From the IMG/VR virus record IMGVR_UViG_3300037504_000618, positions 1 to 64,000 of that record: 64,000 bases of DNA, one strand, 5' to 3'. Position 1 is the stretch's first letter. Each line of letters opens with the position of its first letter. The stretch comes from a virus. The notes below the pieces were generated by a model. That model saw only the letters and a program-made list of their open reading frames with translations, made no database searches and was not told where the DNA came from. Below are positions 1-10,494 of the stretch, piece by piece. The position numbers and the translations under genes were made by a program.

Positions 1-3000
1 GTCCACGAGGAACTGAAGCGTGCCTTGGCTAGCCGTCCTGAAGGTTATTCCCCCTCCGTGGGTGCAGTGACCGAGGAGGCACGCGCGTGGGAGGAAGAGG
101 TGGAGCGCCTTAAGCGCGCCTACATGGAGGCCAGCGAGGACGTCACCAACGCGCAGTTCGAGATGCTCACCGGTGACGCCGATGAGCTCAAGACACGCCT
201 AATGTTCCGTCGCCGCGAGCTGGAAGGCCCCATGCAGGACGAGATGGCTTTCTGGAAAGAGTGGAGCATGGAGAGCGTTAAGCAAGCGGCGGACTCCCTG
301 CGCTCCTATGGCCAGAGTCAAGCAGCCGCCGCCCTGGAGGAAATGGAGACGATCTCCTCCGAGCGCACCCGCCTACAGGCGCAGATGAAGCGCGCTTTCG
401 GAGGGTTGCAGAAAGGCGGCGAGGTAGAAATGCCCGAAGCGGCCGAGGGGACCATGGTGGACTTTATCTCCGCCGAGCGTGCTCTGGGTAGCGTCGTCGA
501 ATCCACCACCGACGCACTGCATCAGCAGTATCTTGAACTGCGCAAGGTCATCAAACGCATGGACGAGGCCAAGTTGGCCATGGCTGGCTTGGGCGAGGCC
601 GAACGCTACGCCGTCGGGAAACTGCAAAAGCAAGCCAAATCCGAGGTCCTGGACGTGTACCGTGCTAAGAAGGGCACCTCGGTGGAGGAGTTGGCCGGGG
701 GCGAAACTGAGGTCCTGGGACGGCTCACGCAGCAGGTAGCGCAGATCACGGACCTAGCCGACCGTGCCCTCGCCGATCCCGTCATTCAAGCCAGTGAGCG
801 CATTGGCGCTGAAATCAAGGAAGCCATGATCGAGGCCATGGCCGCGCGCGAGGTGGAGGACTCCGCCGAGGAGACAGGTAAGGGCATCGTCGGGATCTGG
901 GAATGGGTCAAAGATCAACTGGTGGGCCACAGCGTGATCCCCGATATGGTGAAGCTGATCAATAAATACCTGGATACCATTGGTGAGGATCAGGAAGCCG
1001 ACGCCAAGGTGCGCGTGGAACTGGCCAAGGCCGAGGCTCAGGAGCGCAAGGAGATTGCCAAGCGCGAAACGGTGGAGCTCCGCGAGCAAGTCAAGGCCCG
1101 CGAGCGCGCCGCCCGTGAAACCCAACGCCTGGCCCAACTGGAAGGCGAGGCCAAGCAGCGCGCATCGGCCCTGGGGATCTCCTGGGACCGTGTACAGCAA
1201 GAGATGGAGGAAGCAGATGCCGATATCAATACCATCATCGGCTCCCTCAAGCGTACCGAACGCGAGCAGGCGGACATCAACCGCCAAGCGCGCCGTATGG
1301 AAGGCGATTACGAGGACGCCGGTAACGCCGTCACCCGCTTCGCCCGGGCTCTGAACAACGCCCGCGAGGGATCACAGGGCATCGGGCTATTGGCCAATGA
1401 TTTACAGGATATCTCCCAGGGCTTGGCCATGCGCGGTACGGCCATCACCGGGGGGCTGACCGTCGCGGCGCGCGACTTCGTCAACCTGCGCAAAGAGGCT
1501 GACGCGGCCAGCCGTGCGCTGGGCCTCAATCGCGAGATGAGCGACCGTATGGCGGAGGGGATTGTCAACCTGTCGGCGGATTTGGCCGTCTTGGACCCGG
1601 AGTCCACTGCGCAGGGGGTCACCGCCTGGGCCACGGCCACCGGGCAACTCGTTGAAACTCAGGAGGACCTCAACGCGCTGCTCTCCCAGACGGCCCCCGT
1701 GCAGCAATTGGCCATGCTGGGGCAAGCCGACATTGGCACCGTCACCGACGCCACCACCGCCTCGATCAACCAGTTCGAGCTATCGTTAGCGGATACCACG
1801 CGCGTGGTCTCAGTATTCAACAAAGTCTCCGACGATACCCTGGCCGAGATTGACCACGTCGCCGAGGCCTTTAAATACGTGGGGACCGACGCGGCCTCGT
1901 TGGGCGAATCCATTGAGGACGTGGGCGCACAGCTCTCCGTTCTGGCGGATAACGCCATCCGGGGCTCACAAGCCGGTACGTCCCTGCGCTCGGTGTATAA
2001 GAACCTGGCGACCCCCACCGCAGCCGCAGCGGATGAACTGGAACGCCTCTTTGGCGTACAGCAGCCGTTCTTCGATCAGGAAGGTAACTGGATCGGCATG
2101 GCCCGGGCGGTGGATATGCTGGCCGCCGCGACCGCCGACATGACCGACGAACAACGACGCGCGACATTGGGCGAAGTCTTCGAGACGGACGCACTCAACG
2201 CCATGATCCAGCTCATCCGCGAACAGACCAAAGCCCGCGAGGAGGGTGTCAACGCCTTAGAAGCGCGTGCCGAGGACCTGGGCCAGACGGCGCTGGATAC
2301 CTGGGAGCAGAAGGTCGGCGACTGGGAGGAATCCGACGTCTACCGCGTGGAACAGGCCAAGATGCGCTGGAAGGCGATGTGGTTGACGATCGGTCAGCAG
2401 GGGCTTGATATGGCTTTGCCTTATTTGGAGCTTGCTACTGGCTACGTAGATGAATTCACGCAAGCTCTTGAGCGCTACCCGTGGATCACGGAAGTGGGGG
2501 CGGCAATAGGTGCCGGCGGGCTTGGCTTAGCCGGTATCCTCAGCGCCATCACCATCGCCACCAAAACCGTGAATATGATCCGCAGCACCCTCACCGCCTT
2601 CGAAGCCGCCATGAAAGGCCGCCCCAGCGCCGAGCAGCAATTCCAAACCACCGTCATCTCCGCCGCCGAGCAATTCGCCCAAATCGTCCGACAGTCCGCC
2701 GTCGAAGAAGGCGAAATTGAGAAAGCCGACGCCGTCGAGGAAGCCCAGATCGAGAAAAGCGGCGCACTGGAAGAAGCGCAGATCGAGAAATCCTCCGCCC
2801 TCAACGTCGCCAGTCTTTTGGGACGCACCATGGGCGCCCTGGCCATTGCCGGCGTTGGGTCCCAGGCCCTCACCGGCCAGGGCATCGGCGGCTGGTTCTC
2901 CCGCGAAGAAGGCGTAGCCGCCGGACAAGCACGCCTCGGGGAATTCGCCGGCCTCAGCGAGGAGGAACTGCGTGCCGAGCTAGGCACCCTCACCGAGCAG

Positions 3001-4449
3001 ATCGCGGCCCTGAACGAGGTTGTGGGTCCCGATACGGGCATATTCACCTTCCTGGACCGCGACTTCTGGGAAGGGGCCTTCGGTGCCGGGGACCAGGGCC
3101 AGATCATCAAGGATTTGATGGGACCGGTGCAGTCCTTCTCCGCGACGGCCATGGTGGATAAGCTAGCTGAACTGGAAGAATTACAAGCGGGCATCGAGGC
3201 GGCGCTAGCCAGCGGCGACGGCATCGACGACTTTGACCAGAAGTGGATTGAGTTGGCCCGTGTCGAGACGGAGGCCGCCGAGGTCACCGCGACGCATACC
3301 TACACGCTCTATGAGTACAACCGCACCGCCCAGGATACCATTCAACTCACCGACGCCGAGGTCAACGCCGCCAAACTGTACGTGGAGATGCTCCAGGAGC
3401 AAGAACAAGCCATCACCGACTTCAACGCCGAACTCGCCGAGGTCAACCGCGAACTCCAGGACGATCTGGCACAAATGGAGCGCGATTACTATGCCAGCCG
3501 CGAGCAACGCACGCAGCAATTCCACGAAAGCCAGGCTGAATCCGAGCGTCAGCATCAGGAACGTCAGGCGCAGGACGCCGCCGAGCACGCCAAACGCATG
3601 CGCCGCATGGAGGAGGATTTCAAGGAACGCGAGCAGGACCTCATTGCCTCCCGCGACGCCTACGGCCTGATCCGCGAGCGCCGTCAGCACGAGAAAGAAA
3701 AGTCACGGGCTGAAGAGGACTATGCCGATCAGCAAGCCCAACGCCAGCAACAATACGAGCAACAGCGCGCCCAACGCCAACAGCAATACGAGCAGGATAT
3801 GCTGGACGCCGAAGCGCAATACCAAGAGCAGCGCGAGCAACGCATCCTAGAGCACCAGGAGCAAGTGGCCGAGATGCAGGCCGAGCACGAGGAGGATATG
3901 GCGCGCCTCCGCGAGCAGTATTTTGACAAGATCAACGCCGAGCTGGAATATTACTCGCGCTCCGAGGAGCAACAGCAGCAGTACCACGCGGCGATGCTGG
4001 AGGATACCAAGGCTTGGCTGGAGGCCAATCGCTCTATTTGGCAAGATTACGTTGCCAATCTGCCCACACCGTCCAGCGGCTATGGTAGCGATTCGGGTGA
4101 TGGCATGAGCGCCTGGGACCAGTACACGCAGTACTCCGGCTCCTACCAAAGCGGCGGCTACATCCCCATCACGGGACTGGCCAACGTGCACGCGGGCGAA
4201 TTCGTGCTCACGCCGTCTACCACGCGCATGGCCGAGGCGGCCGCAGGAGGGTCGCTGACACAGGATAGCCTGCTAGCCTCCATGACGGCGCAGCAGAGTG
4301 ACGGCGGCCGGCGCGTCAGCATCAACATCCCGATTCAAGCCAGTTTCAGCGGCATGCGCGCGCAGGACATGGAGACCGTGCGCGGGGAACTGCACAGCCT
4401 GGAGCGGCGGGTATATCGGAACCTCAGCGAGCAAATGGAGGAAGCATGA
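1..4449 (+). CDS. Tail tape measure protein (5' end outside window)
   Basis: Frame is open from base 1. More than 1470 aa, Ala/Glu-rich and helical, with a TP901-type core (AEAFKYVG...LADNAIRGSQAGTSLRS) and a C-terminal coiled coil. Confidence 0.93.
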   Translation, partial: VHEELKRALASRPEGYSPSVGAVTEEARAWEEEVERLKRAYMEASEDVTNAQFEMLTGDADELKTRLMFRRRELEGPMQDEMAFWKEWSMESVKQAADSLRSYGQSQAAAALEEMETISSERTRLQAQMKRAFGGLQKGGEVEMPEAAEGTMVDFISAERALGSVVESTTDALHQQYLELRKVIKRMDEAKLAMAGLGEAERYAVGKLQKQAKSEVLDVYRAKKGTSVEELAGGETEVLGRLTQQVAQITDLADRALADPVIQASERIGAEIKEAMIEAMAAREVEDSAEETGKGIVGIWEWVKDQLVGHSVIPDMVKLINKYLDTIGEDQEADAKVRVELAKAEAQERKEIAKRETVELREQVKARERAARETQRLAQLEGEAKQRASALGISWDRVQQEMEEADADINTIIGSLKRTEREQADINRQARRMEGDYEDAGNAVTRFARALNNAREGSQGIGLLANDLQDISQGLAMRGTAITGGLTVAARDFVNLRKEADAASRALGLNREMSDRMAEGIVNLSADLAVLDPESTAQGVTAWATATGQLVETQEDLNALLSQTAPVQQLAMLGQADIGTVTDATTASINQFELSLADTTRVVSVFNKVSDDTLAEIDHVAEAFKYVGTDAASLGESIEDVGAQLSVLADNAIRGSQAGTSLRSVYKNLATPTAAAADELERLFGVQQPFFDQEGNWIGMARAVDMLAAATADMTDEQRRATLGEVFETDALNAMIQLIREQTKAREEGVNALEARAEDLGQTALDTWEQKVGDWEESDVYRVEQAKMRWKAMWLTIGQQGLDMALPYLELATGYVDEFTQALERYPWITEVGAAIGAGGLGLAGILSAITIATKTVNMIRSTLTAFEAAMKGRPSAEQQFQTTVISAAEQFAQIVRQSAVEEGEIEKADAVEEAQIEKSGALEEAQIEKSSALNVASLLGRTMGALAIAGVGSQALTGQGIGGWFSREEGVAAGQARLGEFAGLSEEELRAELGTLTEQIAALNEVVGPDTGIFTFLDRDFWEGAFGAGDQGQIIKDLMGPVQSFSATAMVDKLAELEELQAGIEAALASGDGIDDFDQKWIELARVETEAAEVTATHTYTLYEYNRTAQDTIQLTDAEVNAAKLYVEMLQEQEQAITDFNAELAEVNRELQDDLAQMERDYYASREQRTQQFHESQAESERQHQERQAQDAAEHAKRMRRMEEDFKEREQDLIASRDAYGLIRERRQHEKEKSRAEEDYADQQAQRQQQYEQQRAQRQQQYEQDMLDAEAQYQEQREQRILEHQEQVAEMQAEHEEDMARLREQYFDKINAELEYYSRSEEQQQQYHAAMLEDTKAWLEANRSIWQDYVANLPTPSSGYGSDSGDGMSAWDQYTQYSGSYQSGGYIPITGLANVHAGEFVLTPSTTRMAEAAAGGSLTQDSLLASMTAQQSDGGRRVSINIPIQASFSGMRAQDMETVRGELHSLERRVYRNLSEQMEEA

Positions 4450-6959
4450 CCAACCGCGTAGGACCTGACAGCCTAACGATGTACACTGCCGAGGCGCTCT
4501 TTGGCCACGAGCCACGCGTGACCTACTCGCCGGGGATCACGCGCGAGAAACTGGACGGCCAGACGGATTACGTGGGACACGTGCGCGTGACCTGGACGTT
4601 TGCCTTCCTGACGGTATCGCAATGGGACACGGCGCGCAGTACGCTTTTCACGCCGGATACCAATGATTACAGCGGAGAGTGCTATATCGAGACGCGCGAC
4701 GACGATGATAACGATATTGAAAGTGACGCGCTTGCCATTTTTCCCACGCCGGAGCAACTGGACCGCTGGGGCGGTGGGTATCGGGACGTAAGTATTACCT
4801 TTGTCCTTACGGACACCGGCGCGGCGATCCCACCCGGTGGGGGTGGTGGGGACTATGTGACCGAGACGGAACTGACGGCGGCGATTGCGACGCACGCGGG
4901 GGAGGCGAGCGCGCATCACGATCCGGTGACGCTGTCGAGCGATGCAGATAATAATCTGCTTTCCCTGGGCACACAAGAGGTCGGCTTGGACGCACAAAAT
5001 GCCAATAAGGTTTTGGCCGGGCCAACGACGGGTGGGGATACTGTACCGTCTTTTCGCGCACTGGTTGCCGCGGATCTCCCCGGCGCTATGGAGAGTGCCC
5101 GGGGTGCGTTAGAGATCGCGACGACGGCGGAAGCGCAGGCCGGGAGCCTTGATAACAAAATTATTACGCCTGCGAAACTACAGGACGTGACGGCGACCAC
5201 GGCGCGGGCTGGCGTTGCTGAACTGTCAACTGAGGCCGAGATGGATACCGGCACGGATACAGAGCGGATTATCACGCCGGCTTTGCTAAGGACGCGAGAA
5301 CTGGACATCGCGGAACTGCTATTCACCGAGGATGATGGGCTGCTGCTACTCGGTCCCGGCAGTCCGATGACGCCGGATGCATGGGTCTCGCTGCGGGGGC
5401 AAGCGGCAGAAGTTAGCGGCGCATTCAACTTTAGAACGCCTGGGAAATGGGCTGGTACACGCGCTATTACTATAGAGCGCGCCGCTGTAAATTTATGCAC
5501 AAATCCGTCATTTGAGAGTTCTGTAACTACGAACTGGTCTGCATATAGCACCGGGACAGCCGGTGGGACGCGCACACAGTCAAATACACGCGCTTACAGT
5601 GGTGAATACGCGCTTATATTAACTAAGAACGCCGGAGCAGAGAACGACCGATGGGGACAATATAACGTTCTCGGTAATTCCACTAGCGGAGAATCATACT
5701 CGGCGTCCTGTTGGGTGTGGTTAGAGGAGGGCGCTACGGCGCGCCTGTATTTACAGAAAAGTTCAGGGACTGGCGCATTCCAAGCTGTTTCGCAGACCAC
5801 GACGGAGTATGGCAGGTGGGTGCGTTTGGAAACCGATGCACTGGTGGCTAACGCAACCGGCGACGCTATGCTGGTCTACGTTTACATTTACGGCAATCCC
5901 ACTACATCCGTTTATGTGGACGCCGTGCAAGTTGAGCAAACATCGTACATAACTTCCTATCTCGACGGCTCTCTAGGGCCGGGTTATGCATGGGATAGCA
6001 CACCGCATGCTAGCTCTAGTACCCGCACCGTAACGGTGTTATACCTCAATGATTATACCGATTTAGTTAGTGAGAACCAAACTATGTCTTTCTCTTTTTG
6101 GCTGCGCATGCCTTATGATTACAATGCAACGTGGCCCAATTCATCTGTGGCTAACTACATAATGTACCTGGACAACGACGGTAGCAATTATGCGTATGTG
6201 TCCTACAATTCTTCGACCCATGCGTTTAGGACTTACTGTGTCAATGCTGGCAGTAGTGGCTCTGTGGAATCGTCGGCGCAAACGTTTGGATCCGGCGATT
6301 GGGTCCATCTAGTGGTAACGATTGACAATGGCTCTTGGGCACTATATGTAAACGGATCGGATGAAGGAAGCTCTTCTGTGGAGGACCTCCCCGCCATCAA
6401 CTCTATTTACATCGGCGGCGGAACTGGTGGCAATTTCACCATTTCCGAGGTGGCTATTTTTGATCGTGCCTTGACCGCGTCAGAGGTTGCGAAGCTCTAT
6501 GCTTTCGGACAGCCGCTCACAGACGTAGGCGCTATTATGTCTCCCGCAGATAATCTCGGTCCCCTCGCCGGGGCATGGCCTATCTTGTTTGGCTCACAGA
6601 CACACACGGGAGATACCTCATATTCCGAGGCGGGGAGCAATCAGGAAAGCCGCTTTGGATGGGGAACGTGGGTGTCCGGCTCGCTGCAATTCGAGGCGGT
6701 GATTAAAATAAGTGATAGCGGAGACACCGGATATGCCATGCTGCAATGGAACGATTCCGGCACGTGGCGCGACGTGGAGGGAAGTGAGGTTTCCATCACC
6801 GGTAGTACCAGTGCGGACCTGGTACGTTCCGGTGTGATCTATCTCTCGCCGGATGAGCGGGAGTATCGAGTTGTGATAAAAACTTCTGATTCAAGTCAAA
6901 CGATCACTATTTATAAGGCGGCATTGATATGCACGCCGGGAGGATTGAGTGCGATATGA
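4446..6959 (+). CDS. Distal-tail-like N-terminus fused to fibre repeats, carbohydrate-binding and LamG domains (receptor-binding protein)
   Basis: Directly follows the TMP with an ATGA overlap. Contains ATTAEAQAG..IITPAKL repeats, an NLCTNPSFE CBM-like start and a LamG signature (WVHLVVT..LYVNG..EVAIFDRALTASEV). Confidence 0.75.
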   Translation: MTNRVGPDSLTMYTAEALFGHEPRVTYSPGITREKLDGQTDYVGHVRVTWTFAFLTVSQWDTARSTLFTPDTNDYSGECYIETRDDDDNDIESDALAIFPTPEQLDRWGGGYRDVSITFVLTDTGAAIPPGGGGGDYVTETELTAAIATHAGEASAHHDPVTLSSDADNNLLSLGTQEVGLDAQNANKVLAGPTTGGDTVPSFRALVAADLPGAMESARGALEIATTAEAQAGSLDNKIITPAKLQDVTATTARAGVAELSTEAEMDTGTDTERIITPALLRTRELDIAELLFTEDDGLLLLGPGSPMTPDAWVSLRGQAAEVSGAFNFRTPGKWAGTRAITIERAAVNLCTNPSFESSVTTNWSAYSTGTAGGTRTQSNTRAYSGEYALILTKNAGAENDRWGQYNVLGNSTSGESYSASCWVWLEEGATARLYLQKSSGTGAFQAVSQTTTEYGRWVRLETDALVANATGDAMLVYVYIYGNPTTSVYVDAVQVEQTSYITSYLDGSLGPGYAWDSTPHASSSTRTVTVLYLNDYTDLVSENQTMSFSFWLRMPYDYNATWPNSSVANYIMYLDNDGSNYAYVSYNSSTHAFRTYCVNAGSSGSVESSAQTFGSGDWVHLVVTIDNGSWALYVNGSDEGSSSVEDLPAINSIYIGGGTGGNFTISEVAIFDRALTASEVAKLYAFGQPLTDVGAIMSPADNLGPLAGAWPILFGSQTHTGDTSYSEAGSNQESRFGWGTWVSGSLQFEAVIKISDSGDTGYAMLQWNDSGTWRDVEGSEVSITGSTSADLVRSGVIYLSPDEREYRVVIKTSDSSQTITIYKAALICTPGGLSAI

Positions 6960-7429
6960 GCATACGATTGAGCAAGTCTGACTTTGTCCCCCGCCTTCAG
7001 GATGGGGGGATGGATACAACGATTTTGACGGCGTTTGCCAGCAGCATTACGCTGGAGGCGCTGACGGCGGCGATCAATGCCGCGACGGACTGGACGTTAT
7101 CCGAGGCCGACGTGATGTATTATCTAGGAGAGCGCGGGGGTTTGGAGCTGACCGTCACGGGGGGCTCGTTGCCCGCCGCGACCGAACGCCCCGCTGCGCC
7201 AACCGGCTTAGGCTCTGACGGGAACGGTGTATGGTTCAGCACACCGGACGCCGAAACCAAGATCGTGCGCTGGTACGTCAATGGCAACTTAGAGATTGAG
7301 CGCGAGCAGGATCTCGCCACGAATCGCTCCGCAACGCTGGCGGAGCTAGGGGCGCAATCCGGCGACGTCGTCCAGGTGTGCCTCGTCGAAAATGACGTCG
7401 TGGGGTGGTGGGGGCGGATTACAGTCTAA
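6956..7429 (+). CDS. Hypothetical tail-region protein
   Basis: ATG at 6956 overlaps the upstream stop codon. Confidence 0.6.
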   Translation: MSIRLSKSDFVPRLQDGGMDTTILTAFASSITLEALTAAINAATDWTLSEADVMYYLGERGGLELTVTGGSLPAATERPAAPTGLGSDGNGVWFSTPDAETKIVRWYVNGNLEIEREQDLATNRSATLAELGAQSGDVVQVCLVENDVVGWWGRITV

Positions 7430-7450
7430 GGCGCAGTCCAGGAGGTGGCT

Positions 7451-9121
7451 ATGGATACCGTATGTATCACGCTGAAGTCGTTCCGCGAGAACGCCGAGCG
7501 CATCGCGGGGGAAGGGGCGGAGGTGACGACGGGCGCGCCGTATTTTACGGGCACGCCGGATCTGCTGTTGGTGTTCGCGCATCCCAACGCGGCGGGGAAC
7601 GGGTGGATGAACGACGAGCATCAGTTGATCGCGACGGCGGACGATGTGCGCCGCTGGCCCCTGCGGGGGACGGTGGTCTTTCTGGGCGTCTGCTATGGCC
7701 TGGAGAATCAGGCTATGCGGGATGCGCTGTTCGAGGCCGGGGCGGCGGCGGTGCTGGCCGGGCCGGGGGATAATTACGGCGGTTCGGCAGGCGTGTTGGC
7801 CGGGGCGGACGTGTTGGCCATGGCCTTTCGCGGGGCGTTGGAGGCGGGCGCGCCGGTGCGGGTGGCGTGGCATATCGCGCGGCTGTATGCGCGGCTGGCG
7901 GTGCAGCAGGGTATCCCCGGCGCGGAGGATGCGCAGGCGTTTGAGCTGTTGGAGGCGCCCGACCGCCAGCCGGGGCGGACGTGGCCAGGGTGGCTCGGTG
8001 GGCTGGTGACGCTGGCCACGCTGTTGATCGCGCTGCTCCTGGGCGACGGGGGCGGTCGCGAGCCGGGATTGCTGACGCTGTTCTCGTCGATCATCGGGCC
8101 GCCGGCGGGGGTGACGGAGTGGTACAAAAACGCCTACGTCGATGGCGTGGGGCAGGATATCTACAGTACGATATCATTAGTGGATGGGGACACGATCAGC
8201 GTCACCGACTGGATCACGGCAACCTCAGCGTTCACGCTGACGGAGGCTTGGTCCACCACGGCGATCTCGTTGACGGACTGGATCACGGCCAGCGGGGGGA
8301 CCGTCACGACGGGCAGCGGTGTGCTGACGTGGACGGTCAGTTCCCCGATCTCGACGACGGCCTACGGGCTGACCAAGACCTGGAGCACGGTCGCGGGGAC
8401 CTGGACGGCGTCCACGTTGGTGGAGACCTTGCAGACGGCGAGCGAAAGCAAGACGGTCACGCTCACGTTGGGGCACACGGCCTCCACGGCGACGCCCACG
8501 CCCTATCCGACCTACAGCACGGCCATGCCGACGATTGAGCCGACGGTGACGGCCTCGCCCACGCCGGTACCGACGTTCACGCCGTATTACACGCCCGAAG
8601 GATGGCGGCAGCAGCGGGCGGCGATGACGTCCACGGCGACGCCCACGCCGTGTATCTTCGGCTGTGAGCCGGTCAGCGGGACGGTGGTGCTCACGGATAC
8701 TATCCCGGTGTATCTGACCTATTTGCCGGTCGTGGCTAAAAACTACCGGGCCGTCAGTTGGGCTACGTCGTTGTATGTTAATGGCGTACTGACGGCGACG
8801 GGGCAGTATTCGTACACCGTCGCGACCGGGGATTCCCTGATCGTGGTGGATACGCTGCTGACCGGGCGCGGCTATACGTTCACGCTGGTCAGCAATGCCA
8901 GCGCGGGGCTGAGCCTGACAGATACGCTGACCAACACGGCGGGGGCGACGCTCACAACGGGCGCGCGGTCGTACACGTGGAGCGTCACGGGCTACGGTGG
9001 AGGGACCATCGCCGGGACGTATAGCGTGGGGGCGGGGGGGACGGAATACATTACGCGCGTACTCAGTTTGTACGGGGATGCCATGACCACTTATACGAAG
9101 ACCCTGCGGTTGTATCGGTAA
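7451..9121 (+). CDS. Membrane protein: CHAT/caspase-like N-terminus, TM helix, Thr-rich extracellular domains
   Basis: GGAGG RBS. AHP...VVFLGVC...GAAAVLA resembles the CHAT fold. Has a hydrophobic helix, PT linkers and an internal YLPVVAKN motif. Confidence 0.55.
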   Translation: MDTVCITLKSFRENAERIAGEGAEVTTGAPYFTGTPDLLLVFAHPNAAGNGWMNDEHQLIATADDVRRWPLRGTVVFLGVCYGLENQAMRDALFEAGAAAVLAGPGDNYGGSAGVLAGADVLAMAFRGALEAGAPVRVAWHIARLYARLAVQQGIPGAEDAQAFELLEAPDRQPGRTWPGWLGGLVTLATLLIALLLGDGGGREPGLLTLFSSIIGPPAGVTEWYKNAYVDGVGQDIYSTISLVDGDTISVTDWITATSAFTLTEAWSTTAISLTDWITASGGTVTTGSGVLTWTVSSPISTTAYGLTKTWSTVAGTWTASTLVETLQTASESKTVTLTLGHTASTATPTPYPTYSTAMPTIEPTVTASPTPVPTFTPYYTPEGWRQQRAAMTSTATPTPCIFGCEPVSGTVVLTDTIPVYLTYLPVVAKNYRAVSWATSLYVNGVLTATGQYSYTVATGDSLIVVDTLLTGRGYTFTLVSNASAGLSLTDTLTNTAGATLTTGARSYTWSVTGYGGGTIAGTYSVGAGGTEYITRVLSLYGDAMTTYTKTLRLYR

Positions 9122-9134
9122 TTAGGCTTATCGG

Positions 9135-9233
9135 AAAACGCCCGTTAATGGTGATTAACGGGCGTTTTTGTTGTGATTACGCGCGTTTTCGGCGGGTTGG
9201 GACGGGATTAGGGGCATGAAAAACGTCTGTTAA
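9135..9233. repeat. Composite site A: 14-6-14 core plus third arm
   Basis: AAAACGCCCGTTAA-TGGTGA-TTAACGGGCGTTTT (9135-9168), 51-bp gap, AAAACGTCTGTTAA (9220-9233). Confidence 0.9.
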
Positions 9234-9257
9234 TATGTATGAGCACGATATAGAAAT

Positions 9258-9356
9258 TTGTACTCAAGTACAATCTTTCCCGGAAAGCAAAATTCCCTCT
9301 TGACAGTCATAGAATTCTATGTATAATATAGATAGTTGGTTACATAGAATTCTATA
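9258..9356 (+). promoter_or_regulatory. Sigma70-type promoter with paired palindromic operators
   Basis: TTGACA 9300-9305, 16-bp spacer, TATAAT 9322-9327. CATAGAATTCTAT(G/A) at 9308 and 9343. TTGTAC-N4-GTACAA at 9258. Confidence 0.85.
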
Positions 9357-9370
9357 CCAGAAAGGGAAAA

Positions 9371-9970
9371 ATGATGAGGACAGCGAAGGAAAATTACGAG
9401 ATCAGGAATAATATAGGTCAAGCAGGTGAAATGGAAGAGGAAGAAAAGTGGGAGATGGCGGAGAGCTTGTTCGCCAATCCCGAAGCTGTCCCTGAAATCA
9501 TCGGGCGTGAGGAACGTGAGGAAGAGGAAACTGAGGAATTCACCCACGTGACCAGCGAAGAGGCTGCCGAGGCCATCTTGGACTCGGGCTTCAGCCTGGA
9601 CACCACCGACAGCCAAGGCGGAAGCCAGCTTGGAGTCGGGATCTACTTAAGCCAGGCGCCCGACTACTGGGCCGGGCTACTGAACCTGCACAGCTACTTA
9701 AGAGTCACGGTGCGGATGGATCGCATCGTGACAGACGTAAACGAAGTCGAGGGATTTGGCGCTTGGTTGGAAGCCGAGGGCTGGATGAAGGATGGAGGTC
9801 CCACGGAAAAGGCAAATGAATTCATAGCCAAGTTCCAGTTGCCTGAAGAGGCAGTGGGTAGGCTTCAGGTAGAGTGGCTGGCAGAGATTGGATACGATGG
9901 ATTGTGGGATCGCGAGTTTAATAATCTCGTGATCTGGAATCTGGATGCGATCAAAAGTGTGCGTAGATAG
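9371..9970 (+). CDS. Putative ADP-ribosyltransferase (PARP-like ART fold)
   Basis: FTHVT..AAEAILDSGF, LGVGIYLS and GYDGL..NNLVIWN match the H-Y-x ART motif order. Confidence 0.6.
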   Translation: MMRTAKENYEIRNNIGQAGEMEEEEKWEMAESLFANPEAVPEIIGREEREEEETEEFTHVTSEEAAEAILDSGFSLDTTDSQGGSQLGVGIYLSQAPDYWAGLLNLHSYLRVTVRMDRIVTDVNEVEGFGAWLEAEGWMKDGGPTEKANEFIAKFQLPEEAVGRLQVEWLAEIGYDGLWDREFNNLVIWNLDAIKSVRR

Positions 9971-9988
9971 TAGAAAGGAGTTAGAGAG

Positions 9989-10441
9989 ATGGATCAGAGA
10001 GCAGAGTGGTTAGCGTATCAAGTCGGTAAAATTGGGGTAGGGGATTTAGTTTATCCTGAGAATCAGGCCAAGGCTAAAGCTAAGATGGAAGCCAAAGCGG
10101 TCAGTGATCGCGAGCGTGATATTTTCTTGTTGGGGTATCACGCAGCGTTGCTTGAGTGGGCAGAGCTCCCCCTCGCACGGGGGGACGATGATATTCTCAC
10201 GCGCGAGCGGGTGGAGAGTATTATCCAGGAGATTATGGAGCGTAATGATCTCTTGTCACTGAGCCCAGGCGTCAAGAAGATCGCCGGGCCATTTGATACC
10301 CGTGCTCAAGCTGATGCTTGGTATTGGAGCAATGAGGAGAATTATGAGCCATATCTTCGTATAGTGCATGGCTTCGATGGTAAGTATTATGTCGCCGATC
10401 CTCAAGAGGCTGATGCTAAGCGTGAGCATTTGTTTGTTTAG
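9989..10441 (+). CDS. Hypothetical protein
   Basis: AGAAAGGAG RBS, 150 aa. Confidence 0.7.
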   Translation: MDQRAEWLAYQVGKIGVGDLVYPENQAKAKAKMEAKAVSDRERDIFLLGYHAALLEWAELPLARGDDDILTRERVESIIQEIMERNDLLSLSPGVKKIAGPFDTRAQADAWYWSNEENYEPYLRIVHGFDGKYYVADPQEADAKREHLFV

Positions 10442-10494
10442 AAATTGTGCCGGGCGCGCTGGTGCACGCGCCCGGCTTACCAGAAAGGAGTAAG

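Noticed and set aside
318-4515. Many overlapping alternative-frame and antisense ORFs (also throughout the window)
   Set aside because: Expected shadows in high-GC coding DNA. They have no RBS or recognisable motifs.
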